Below are positions 22,101-29,036 of a stretch of 64,000 nucleotides of DNA, piece after piece (within the stretch, counting starts at the first letter, position 1; every line of letters begins with the position of its first letter). Under the pieces are notes generated by a model. The model was not told the origin of the DNA. It did no database searches and was given only the letters and a program-made list of their open reading frames with translations. Both the position numbers and the translations under genes were made by a program. Origin of the DNA: Andalucia godoyi And28 (Eukaryota > Protista > Jakobida); NCBI GenBank assembly GCA_009859145.1, contig VRVR01000015.1:1-64000 (forward strand), given 5' to 3'.

Positions 22101-25100
22101 AGAGGACAATTTCCTTTGCCATGATTCAACCTCGTCTTGGAAAATGGCAATGTACTTGGATGCCATCATGTTCTGCAACTGCACCTGATTATCCTCCAGT
22201 GTTTCAATGATCTCTTCGGTAACCTTGATAATCGGAATGTCGGTATCGCGATGGCGGCCAAATTCGAACGTCATCGTCGCCCAAGTCTTTGTAAGCTCTC
22301 GAAGGGACTTCTCCATGGACAACTCTTTGTTGGCGCGCTCCACGATGGACTCCACATCTTCGACGTACTTGTGCAGCTCAAGAGCAAGCAAATCCGCGAG
22401 CCGGAAATCATCGGTGAGCTGAAACTGCACGCCAGTTGTCTTCATCAGTGCATTCCAATGACGATCCCGCATGGACGGAGATCGGAGATCGGAAACAAGT
22501 GGCAGACATGTCAAGAAGTTTTTGACCAAGGATTCCAGACCTCGGTACGCATCCCAGCTTTTTGCTTTCTTATCTGCATTTCGAACTTCTTTGTAGAACT
22601 TCTTAGTCTCCTCTTCCACAATGGATGTGTCCATCTTCAAGAACGAGAGGTTCTTCCATTCATCAATCTGAAGGACCGTCAGCGAAATGATGTCCCACAG
22701 CTGTTTCAAGAGGAATACATCCGCCCGGCATTCTTTAATGGACCGCCCATTGTTCACAAGCAGTTCAAACAGGTTTTGCTTTTCATTCAAAGCAACGAGT
22801 TCCTTTTCCAGGGCAAGAAGCTCGACGTGAAGGACATCCAGAGATTCGTATGCTTTTCTCAGACCCTTTTCATCCCACGCATACGGCGCACGTCTCGCAA
22901 AGTCTTTCCGGTAATCCATAATCTTGTCCGAAAAGTCAACCTCTGCTTGCTGCACATTTCGGACCTCTTCAACCTGCAACGGTGCCAATTTCTCCTTCAC
23001 CGCCACACACAATTTCTTGCAGCTAGACCAAGATTCGGGGAGAATTTCGAGCTTTGCTAAGATCTCGTCATCAATAGATCGGTTGTACTTCCTTAGCAAG
23101 GCAACCGTATCTTTCAGCGGATCAAACAGACCGTCGAATTCGTCGTTCCTCGAACGCACCTGATACAGAAGATCCATAGCAGCAACCAGTTTGTCGTAAT
23201 TTCCTGGAGGCACTTCCTTCTGCAAGCCCACCGTCACTTCGGATACAAATGAAGAAACATTTGTGACGGAAGACACAACATGTTCTTCCAGATGCACAAG
23301 AAACATATGCCGCCACTTACCAGCCTCCGTAGCGAGAGCGGAGCGCAATGGCTGCGCATCAACCCGTAGCCACCCGAAGTGTACGGACGCTGGAAGTAAC
23401 TGAATCTTGTCAATCAGATTTCCAAAGTACGAAATTCGTTCGTCAAAGTCTGTTAGCGTCGGTTTCTTCGGTCCCTGCTTGTCTTCCGCGTTCGACGCCT
23501 CCGGGACTGAACCATCGAGGAATTTCCGCATCACAGCTGATCTGTCCTGCTCATACAGGAAAGAAAATTGATCGAACAGAGAGCGGACAGCAACACACTT
23601 CTCAATGCTCTTTGCCAAGGAAGACATGCACTCCTCGCGAAGCTGTGAGAGATCACCGACCTTCTCGATGTCTGCTGCGTAATTGTCAGCAGGAGAACTC
23701 GGTTTGCGAATGCGCTTGCCCAACGAAAAAGCAGCATCAATCCACGAAATTACCCGTTCCTGCAAACTAGAAAACCCGCCATCGATGTGCGGTGTGTACA
23801 CCGATTTTCCATCCTGAAGGGAAAGCTTCATCTCTAACAAGGCAGCATACACAGGCGTGTTCACTGGCAGCACAGCACCACACGACGCAGCATTCTGAAG
23901 AACAATCTGCTGAAGCTGTTCTAGCGTCTTCTTCTGCTGCAATTCAGACAGACCGAGATCAGATACGGATTCCGCAACCTTGAGATGTCGTGCCAGCAAG
24001 GATAATGATTTCCTGATCGCCTCTCGGATGCCCGCAAATATTATCAAAGACATGTGAGAAAGGAAAGCAGACCACTCCGCGGTTCCTGATGCAACCTCCA
24101 ACCGCTCACGGATGCTCTCAATGACTTCCTGAATACGATTGCCATGCTCAGGAATGTCCGATGCACTCGTCAACAACAGTGATGTCCGGGCACGCCACTT
24201 GGAAAATACTTTGCGAGAAAAGTGCTGGGTGGCTGCGATGTCCGATGATGTTCTCCAAAACGCTATCAGCTCGATAAGGCCGTTTTGCCTGCCGCGATTC
24301 GACTTTTCAGACCCAGAAATGGTGATGTAGCGAAACAGATCACCCCACCCCAACATCATTTTCTCGATCGTTCGGATGTTGCCTTTTAGCGCATTCACGC
24401 GAGAAAACAAATCCTTCACGGTCACACGAGCGTCCTCCATAAAGCTTCCGATCTCAGCAGACTTCCAAGAAATGTGATTCAGACCGCGATCGATAATCGC
24501 ATCAATGACAACAAGCCTTGATTGCACCAATGGGCGCTCCACCTCGACAAGCATGCGCACGGCAGAGTTGTACTGGCTGACAACCATTGCAAGGTTTCCG
24601 CCATACTTTCGATATTCTTCCCGATTTGTGAACAAGTCTTGGGCCGGCTCGGGGACGTCGACGCTTAGAATGTGGAGATACTTCACTTCCTGAATGCACC
24701 GGGACAGCGCAATATCAAAATTCACCTCAAGCAGCCCTTTTTCATTTCTCCGGAGTACAAAATCATGCAATCGTTCGGTCGAGACATTCGCAACCTCCGA
24801 ACTCCACTTTCCATAAATATCATCTTCATACGACTTCAAAATGGAAACCATTCGGTCATACTTTCCGTGCACAAGCTGCCCTTCATGTGAATCAAAAATG
24901 GTGGAATCCAGGTTCACCAATCTATCCAATGGCCATGTCATCCTCTCCAGAAGCGCACGGGACCAAGACATTGTCCCCGACACTTTCGGGAGATTGGACA
25001 AAATAGCAGGCCCATCCGTTTCTCCGATCCGAGAACCTGCAATCCTGCTCGACAACAAGATGTTGGACACCGCGTCTAGATCTTGCTCAAATAATCGCAT

Positions 25101-26885
25101 CAAACGCGGTTCGAGGACTTTGATTTGTGCGCGAATTGTTTCCCGAGCAATCTGCGTCTCGAAAGAGTCGATGATCTTGAACGCCGCGATAGATGAGGAC
25201 GTCTCTTCAAAAGCCTTCTCAATAACGTAGCACAGACGCTGATCCATTTCCCGCACATCCAAACAGAATTTTCCGTAGGAATCATCAAATCGAGAATCGC
25301 TGAAATCAAACAAATCGTACTCAATGTTGAGAAATGGCTGCAATTTCGATTCAAAATCCAAACGCACCTTCTCTACCATTGCAGTCAGAGTGTGCCCCTT
25401 GATACCACCAACCTCCACCTTCTCAAGTTTCTGAAATTCACCAATCATCCTGATAAGATCAAAAATGTCTTGCACGCGCTCCACAAACGCATCCAGACGA
25501 GAAAAGATAGACTTGTTTTCAAATCTCCACGGCCTGTCAGGATGTGCGCTGTTGACCTTGCCTTTGTACTGGAAAAAGGCCTGCTTGAACGAGACGGCAG
25601 CCAGCTGCGCGCATTCCAACTTCTCCAAGGCTTCTGGTCCTTCCTGTTTGAGAATCGAGCCACCGTCGACAAAACTAGCACAAATCCGTACGACATCATT
25701 GCATACTTTGCGAATAATCACAACTATTCGAGGCGCAACTCCGCAATACTTCGAGTGCTTCCAAATCAGGAGAAGAAGATGCAACAAAGGTTTGTAGATT
25801 CGAGGCAAGTCACGAACGTCGTCCGTGTTCTCAAGTCTTGCGAATGTTTCCCTTGTTGTCTCCAGAAACTTCACAATATCTTCTACGCGGCGTTTCTCTT
25901 CAACGAGATCCTCAAAGACTTTCTTGAAACTGCTGATGAACGACGAACGAGATAGCTCCAGAACCTTGAGAGACGCCTTCAGCTTGTCGGACCCGAGCTC
26001 CTTCACAATCGAGTTCACAAGCGTCATTTTCTTCGACCAAAATTCAACTTCAGATGAGGCTCCTGGAAAATGATTTGTGGCCTCCATTTGGTGAAGATCC
26101 TTGATCGAATCCATATCAAGTACCTTCTTGATTTGTCGGGCCCAATCGACGACGGCCGATTCGAGAGAATGAACAAGGACGCGATCTTGCGCCATGGCAT
26201 TCACAGGAACGCCCTCTTGAATGAGGAGGTCCACAGACGACGGAACGACGAGAAGGACATCCCCTTTTGTTTGTGCAACGAAAAAGCCGAGCTGTGTGAC
26301 GTATTTGTGGAAATGCTTCAGTACGTCGGCTGCCACGATCTTGGGCCATTTCTTGGATGCATCCAAATTGCTGTCGTTGTCTGGGTTCTTACCGGAATGC
26401 AAAGTCGAATCGCCTTTGGGAGTCCCTGGCGAAGTGACGGATTCTATGGCATGGATTCCAGAGGCAGACGCCACCGATTCAACGAGCGGCAGATACACAG
26501 ACTGGACGAGGAGTTTCAGTTGCTCCACCGGAGTTGCGCCGAGCTCCGAATGCCTGATATTTCGCGCCAGTCCTTTCTTGTCTGACCCAGAAGACGGATC
26601 AATCGAACACGCTTCTGTTTTGTAGAAAACAATCGCCTTCTTTCGCAGCCCTGTCGGAAAAGTAAACGATGGAGTCAATTCATCGTTCTTGTCCTTATTT
26701 TGGAAAAACACGAGAAACAGTCGAGACCCGTCCTCAAAAAACGACAAAATGATCGGCCTGAATTCAGGATTACCGACGCATTTTTCCCATCGATCGAGCT
26801 TCACTTTCGTGACTTCAACGACGAAGTCCTGCAAATACGCAACTCGCGGGTCCTGTGCCATCAAGCGGCCATCATCGTCCGCCAT
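13164..26885 (-). CDS. ODA4: Axonemal outer-arm dynein beta heavy chain (ODA4 / DNAH9-11-17 group), 4573 aa, single uninterrupted ORF
   Basis: P-loops GPAGTGKT, GPSGAGKS, GPAGSGKT and GVGGSGKQ; CFDEFNR; HYDWGLR; stalk; DGLEEQLLALVVKKERPDLE...QNEFKIRLKELED typical of the beta type; DHC_N1 tail and no Kelch repeats. Confidence 0.97.
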   Translation of the reverse strand: MADDDGRLMAQDPRVAYLQDFVVEVTKVKLDRWEKCVGNPEFRPIILSFFEDGSRLFLVFFQNKDKNDELTPSFTFPTGLRKKAIVFYKTEACSIDPSSGSDKKGLARNIRHSELGATPVEQLKLLVQSVYLPLVESVASASGIHAIESVTSPGTPKGDSTLHSGKNPDNDSNLDASKKWPKIVAADVLKHFHKYVTQLGFFVAQTKGDVLLVVPSSVDLLIQEGVPVNAMAQDRVLVHSLESAVVDWARQIKKVLDMDSIKDLHQMEATNHFPGASSEVEFWSKKMTLVNSIVKELGSDKLKASLKVLELSRSSFISSFKKVFEDLVEEKRRVEDIVKFLETTRETFARLENTDDVRDLPRIYKPLLHLLLLIWKHSKYCGVAPRIVVIIRKVCNDVVRICASFVDGGSILKQEGPEALEKLECAQLAAVSFKQAFFQYKGKVNSAHPDRPWRFENKSIFSRLDAFVERVQDIFDLIRMIGEFQKLEKVEVGGIKGHTLTAMVEKVRLDFESKLQPFLNIEYDLFDFSDSRFDDSYGKFCLDVREMDQRLCYVIEKAFEETSSSIAAFKIIDSFETQIARETIRAQIKVLEPRLMRLFEQDLDAVSNILLSSRIAGSRIGETDGPAILSNLPKVSGTMSWSRALLERMTWPLDRLVNLDSTIFDSHEGQLVHGKYDRMVSILKSYEDDIYGKWSSEVANVSTERLHDFVLRRNEKGLLEVNFDIALSRCIQEVKYLHILSVDVPEPAQDLFTNREEYRKYGGNLAMVVSQYNSAVRMLVEVERPLVQSRLVVIDAIIDRGLNHISWKSAEIGSFMEDARVTVKDLFSRVNALKGNIRTIEKMMLGWGDLFRYITISGSEKSNRGRQNGLIELIAFWRTSSDIAATQHFSRKVFSKWRARTSLLLTSASDIPEHGNRIQEVIESIRERLEVASGTAEWSAFLSHMSLIIFAGIREAIRKSLSLLARHLKVAESVSDLGLSELQQKKTLEQLQQIVLQNAASCGAVLPVNTPVYAALLEMKLSLQDGKSVYTPHIDGGFSSLQERVISWIDAAFSLGKRIRKPSSPADNYAADIEKVGDLSQLREECMSSLAKSIEKCVAVRSLFDQFSFLYEQDRSAVMRKFLDGSVPEASNAEDKQGPKKPTLTDFDERISYFGNLIDKIQLLPASVHFGWLRVDAQPLRSALATEAGKWRHMFLVHLEEHVVSSVTNVSSFVSEVTVGLQKEVPPGNYDKLVAAMDLLYQVRSRNDEFDGLFDPLKDTVALLRKYNRSIDDEILAKLEILPESWSSCKKLCVAVKEKLAPLQVEEVRNVQQAEVDFSDKIMDYRKDFARRAPYAWDEKGLRKAYESLDVLHVELLALEKELVALNEKQNLFELLVNNGRSIKECRADVFLLKQLWDIISLTVLQIDEWKNLSFLKMDTSIVEEETKKFYKEVRNADKKAKSWDAYRGLESLVKNFLTCLPLVSDLRSPSMRDRHWNALMKTTGVQFQLTDDFRLADLLALELHKYVEDVESIVERANKELSMEKSLRELTKTWATMTFEFGRHRDTDIPIIKVTEEIIETLEDNQVQLQNMMASKYIAIFQDEVESWQRKLSSVDSAISLFVDVQRTWAYLENIFIGSEDIRRQLPEDSARFERLDNDLKGLLRDAERTPRIVDACCKDGLDDALSRIQDQLSKCEKSLSEYLETKRKAFPRFYFVSVPDLLDILSKGGQSPHAVMSHMPKLFQAIQKLDFAKEGSTLTNNAVGMISREGEVVGFDSACSCVGQVELWLNRVVEAIRFNLNKIIQSSVYAYEEKPRESWLLDFPAQVVLLTTQIYWATEVSHAFESLEDGNENALKDYNKKQIQQLHNLIKLVQGDLKKGDRMTVMCLVTLDVHARDVIQNVIRDKVESSSAFAWQSQLRPRWDDAKKECFINICDAEFVYGYEYLGNGPRLVITPLTDRIYITATQSLHLIMGCAPAGPAGTGKTETTKDLGSQVGKPVYVFNCSDQMDYKSLGNIFKGLASSGAWGCFDEFNRISVEVLSVVSTQFKSILDAIRECKTRFNFQGEDIALDLTCGAFITMNPGYLGRTELPESLKALFRPVTVVVPDLELICENMLMAEGFVNARVLAKKFITLYSLCRDLLSKQDHYDWGLRAIKSVLVVAGSLRRAEPHIDEEMILMRALRDFNLPKIVADDLSVFMGLINDLFPGLELPRKRDMTFEETIRQCIVEKGWQPEESLILKVVQLEELLTVRHSVFVLGPSGAGKSVVWKSLAASTTKRGKKTTCKDLNPKAITSNELYGYINPATREWEDGLLSSIMRDLGRVEDTNPKWIILDGDLDTEWIESMNSVMDDNKILTLASNERIPLLDHMRLLFEISHLKYATPATVSRAGILYVAEQDIGWMPFVQSWIERREDVNERTHLQVLVERYLPLCVSYVRKNFKSIVPVSDISSVENFCVYLNGLLPLVKPGESDKDVYELLVVFSCVWAFGGPLTFEDNVDYRLQFSRWWKGEFKTVKYPEAGTVFDYYVKNVDGVLRFEKWNDLMSTFVYDPEVPLSSVMVPTVETSCLEYFMDMLIRLRHPVLLVGPAGSGKTKLVSQKVAKLPEDQIMTTKINFNYYTDARTLQAIMERPLEKKAGRNYGPPGTKRMIYFVDDLNMPYVDNYGTQTPIALIRQHVDYSHWYDRKKLTLKDVHNCQYLAAMNPSAGSFFVDPRLQRHFATFAVSLPSRESLQTIYVSILDGHLQQNFAQGVKNVRDKIVSAALDLHKKVTDTFLKTAIKFHYEFNLRHLSDIFQGILLSRSNVFTDVRKLTSLWIHEACRVYGDRLVDEDDRHIFLKEVLLPTVRKNFPDFEADVLIPTPLVFSHFARGYGTEKVYDEVSSFQSLAKTLNDALNDYNETNAVMNLVLFEDAMSHVCRISRIIENPAGHALLVGVGGSGKQSLSRLAAFISGYTVTQITISRSYGINELKEDLKNMYMKVGLKSESTVFLFTDSQIVDERFLVFLNDLLSSGNIPDLFATDEIDTIVNGIRSEVKQAGVIDTRDNCWDFFIEKVRRNLHVVLCFSPVGDALRVRARKFPALVSCTVIDWFQPWPREALVSVANRFLEDVDLGSKENQAKVVEFMAFAHQSVDDASKELLVRERRYNYTTPKSFLELIAFYKNLLSSQRSITVSKIERLEAGLVKLRKTSDDVAELEENLKRQQVIVEDKKAAVEKLLKQVAHETAIVEAENAKAQEEADVCNKIAREVSGFQQQCQEELKRAEPAIIAAEAALNTLNKGNLTELKSFKKPTQEVADVLNVVLILLSPKSGVTKDRSWSAAQKAMANVDQFLKTLQTYDKENIPAASLQAAQPFLTSPNFNGEYLKSKSSAAAGICEWARNTVIYYDIFCEVEPKRLKLAEANAQLDAANTKLRAVQAEVAALQAKLRDLEERFEKANAEKLAVQEQAEKTQNRLSLAQRLVRALASENVRWAENIKKLQQALDVLVGDVLVSAAFVSYIGAFTFRFRKDLLNDRWIPKLKDIHLACSPTVDPLALLTDDAAVAGWNNLGLPADRVSIENGTIFTRCERWPLIIDPQLQGVSFVKNLYGDRLKVMRLGQNRMLDMLENAIKNGHTVLIENIQESIDAVLQPILSRQVIRKGRDLFVRLGDKEVEYDPKFRLILQTKLSNPHYKPEIQAETQLTNFMVTEDGLEEQLLALVVKKERPDLEEQKAGLIKQQNEFKIRLKELEDNLLERLSKAEGDILGDISLIENLEVTKATSNEIEEKVKLAKKTEIDINKARELYRPVASRGSLLYFLLDALSRIEVMYQFSLNSFVVVFSRAIDTCSPAEEVAERVAKLIDNVTWCVFTYARRGLFEKHKLVFSADLCFRIMLKSKELDPLEVTQFIAGRRPAQPPPNPLSDWLDDALWANVQGLRDLEGFERLADDMEGSAKRWREWAETEQPEKEKLPQDWKNKTEFQKLLVIRSLRPDRTTHAVRDFVQKAMGSRFVEQTPFSLEATFFESSPSTPLFFILFPGADPVKDAEALGRKLGFSEDNGKFRNVSLGQGQEVIAEQALEKLSKTGGWVMLQNIHLMKKWLPSLERSLESLSESAHKDFRVFLTAEPADHIPQGILQNSLKITNEAPQTLKANLLRAYANFNQDTLESCMKQTEFKTILFTLCFFHALVLGRRKFGFQGWSRAYSFNTGDLTISANVLFNYLEANNNVPWEDIRYMFGEIMYGGHITDKWDRRTCSTYLETLMMENLLEGSFDLGPGFVVPPVSSYPEYVTYIEESLPQESPPMFGLHPNAEINFLNNEADSLFRLLTELEGGGAVAAGESRESKVRQIIEDIMRDLPENYDVAEMIGRIEERTPYISVVLQECDRMNILIREIRMSLRTLEMGLRGELTVSEQMERIMNALFVDRVPDSWSKVAYPSLKPLGSWYGDLLKRVQFLAEWSNDLNLPKSVWLSGLFSPLLFLSAVMQTTARKQDLPLDKMCLMTDVTKKGPEEVGAAPRDGAYIHGLFLEGARWDTQAGCLKDSILKQLHPALPVIYVKAMLSEKRDLKGTYECPVYATSMRGATYVTTAYLKSQDKPHKWVLAGVCGLLSPE

Positions 26886-27097
26886 GTCCCTCGTACCACA
26901 ATTCGTTCAGAAAAAACTCCTCGCAGGAAATGATCAGATGAACAACGAAACGCACTATTCAGGAGGAAAATCCCAACAACAAATAACAATGAAGAAGAAG
27001 AAGAAGAAGAAGAAGAAGAGTGGTTTTGGATTTTTTGACTTTCAGAATTGCAAAGAACAAGGGAAAAAAAGAAGACATCGAGACATTGAGTGCTTTG

Positions 27098-27364
27098 ATG
27101 GCAAGAACAGAGGATGGGGTTTTTCCTGCCAATCATCAGAAGCAAAAAGGCAAGCCCTATCTCCCGCCGGGCTTTTTTGCACCTTGCCAGACCCCTGAGG
27201 TGCAACAAACGACCGAAATCCCTCTGAAGGTGATGCTTGATGCTGCGTCCCGAGCCCATCGGAGGGTTGAAGCTGGCCTCCCTCTGCTTGATGCAAAACA
27301 GTTGGAAAGCGGAAAAAAAACCAAATACAACGCGCACGAATCTCGTTGGAAAAGAGGCGTTTGA
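27098..27364 (+). CDS. Putative small orphan protein (88 aa)
   Basis: ATG 27098 (MARTEDGVFPANHQ...PYLPPGFFAPCQ...) after an A-rich leader; protein-like composition; no recognised homology. Confidence 0.3.
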   Translation: MARTEDGVFPANHQKQKGKPYLPPGFFAPCQTPEVQQTTEIPLKVMLDAASRAHRRVEAGLPLLDAKQLESGKKTKYNAHESRWKRGV

Positions 27365-27503
27365 ATCCCTGTGTCGGATTGTGTCGGATTCTCTGGGCCC
27401 CGAATTCCCTTCTTTTTTTCTTTTTTTCTTTGTTGCAAAGCGTCCTTTTAACGAGCCAAATTCTTTTCTTTATTCTCCCTTCTTCCTTCTCCTTCTCTCT
27501 CCT

Positions 27504-27510
<7 letters not shown>

Positions 27511-27546
<36 letters not shown>

Positions 27547-27604
27547 ATAGTATTCACTTTCTTTTCTTCTTGTGTGTGTGTGTGTGAGTGTGTGTGTGAG
27601 TGTG
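27511..27604. repeat. (CT)n plus (GT)n microsatellites
   Basis: (CT)16 at 27511-27542 and imperfect (GT)n at 27571-27604. Confidence 0.95.
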
Positions 27605-27765
27605 CGTGGCTGGTGGCGCATCCGAAACCTCTTCTTCGGCTCTTGTTGGCTTGCTGTCTGTTTGATTGACTTTTTTTGAATACTAATTGCTGATTTCCAA
27701 CGCTTCTGGTCTCCGCGCCCCACTCGTTTCCGAAGTACCGACCAAATATCCGCAGAGACTGTGCC

Positions 27766-28035
27766 ATGGTGAACGCATTCAAGATCTTTCTTGGAGGCGT
27801 CGCACTATTTCTCGCAGCCTGTGCAGGGTTCTTGCTGTACTGTGACTTTGCAGAGCAGTATGAAGTGACGTGGAGCAACTTCAAGAGTGCGCAGACCGCA
27901 CAGACTATCTGGGCTACCATGACCACGATGCTTGTTGGGTCTGTGATCTGCACTACTCTTATTTTTGTTCAGCCGTCGGGGGAAGCCATGGGCTCGACGC
28001 CTTCTCTTCAAAAACGCTTCTCGCTTCTGCAATGA
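27766..28035 (+). CDS. Putative small two-TM membrane protein (89 aa); the gene may extend to 28321 by splicing
   Basis: Strong context gccATGg; two hydrophobic stretches, FKIFLGGVALFLAACAGFLLY and IWATMTTMLVGSVICTTLIFV. Confidence 0.45.
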   Translation: MVNAFKIFLGGVALFLAACAGFLLYCDFAEQYEVTWSNFKSAQTAQTIWATMTTMLVGSVICTTLIFVQPSGEAMGSTPSLQKRFSLLQ

Positions 28036-28294
28036 AGAAGAGCCGAGCATGGGCTTAACTTTATTCTCAAGACAAAGTGAGAGTCGTTTGGAGGCTGTCG
28101 AGCAACCCCCCGCCGCCCGATCGTGTACATTCAATAAATATGGTGAATTGATATCATTTCTTGGTGCGCTTGCTTGCCTGTCTGCTTGTTTGCTCAGTCT
28201 ATTTCTCGCCAATCACGCCCGGTGTTGCTGCAGCCGACTGCCAGGGCCAACGTTTCGACGGCGAATTTCAACAGTTGTAACGACAGTTGCTGGG

Positions 28295-28406
28295 CTCCTT
28301 GACGCCTATATTATGCACTGAAACATGCAAATCTACGGATAGACATGCATATTCAGTCTTGCATCTCGTTGCCGGGAAGGGGATAGGCCCCAACACGCCC
28401 CACGGC
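28295..28406 (-). repeat. Dispersed degenerate repeat family R2, copy 2
   Basis: The reverse complement aligns to 6802-6926 (see copy 1). Confidence 0.7.
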
Positions 28407-28538
28407 GCTCTTCAGATAAATGCTCCGCGCTCCGTTCCCAATCTCGATCAATCGGTGAGCCACTTTCTCAGCATGACACGTGGTTCCTGAGAAGGGTGCA
28501 TTTTGATTCTGACGGCCCTAGCAGCAGGCGCTTTCGTA

Positions 28539-28868
28539 TCCTCAGTTGCAGCGATTGATGCACCTGGAGATACGAGAGGAAGAGGCGTTAGGCGTAGTGA
28601 CACGTGGTCTCTTAGGAGGTTTGCGGGACCTAGGAGGCCCTGTATCGAGCCGCGTAGGCGTAGGCGAATGCGTCATCCGAGCGCACTCACATCCATATTT
28701 GAATTAATAAAGTGAAACCAACGAATGATAGAATAGATGGCTACGGATGCTGCGTTAAAGAGCGTCGAAAATGCGGAGCCTGTGTCACCGGCTGAATTTT
28801 AACCGAGCGTGCGTAAGCACGGATTCCGTGTGAAACAATGCGTGCTAGTGTCGGCCAGTATTGACCGT
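28539..28868 (+). repeat. Dispersed ~330-bp repeat family R1, copy A
   Basis: About 90% identical by manual alignment to the reverse complement of 45178-45500, with one 6-nt indel (taggcg duplication) and one 1-nt indel. No TSD or TIR seen. Confidence 0.93.
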
Positions 28869-29036
28869 GTCTGTTTATGGATTCTTCTGTGTGCATGACA
28901 ATGGCGTGTCATTATTCAACGGCTGTCCAACTATTTTTCACGAATCTCGGCTTCTCGACGGGGTACAACGAACCAACGGGAACAAACGCTTCTGAAGAGA
29001 TCCGTCTGGAAACTTTGGGTACGTGCGCGCGTGCGA

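Noticed and set aside
24130-24350. About 30 extra residues in the dynein tail relative to remembered homologs, possibly a stop-free 3n intron (GTATTT...CCTGAG, 63 nt)
   Set aside because: The acceptor is atypical and the region is naturally variable, so it cannot be supported without RNA data.
27042-27953. 303-aa minus-strand ORF
   Set aside because: It runs through (GA)n/(CA)n microsatellites and is antisense to a better-supported ORF with strong start context.
28573-28590. GAGGAAGA in repeat R1, similar to U3 box C'
   Set aside because: The other U3 hallmarks (box A GATCATTTCT, box C TGATGA and terminal box D) are absent. No SRP, U1, U2, U5 or U6 signatures were seen either.
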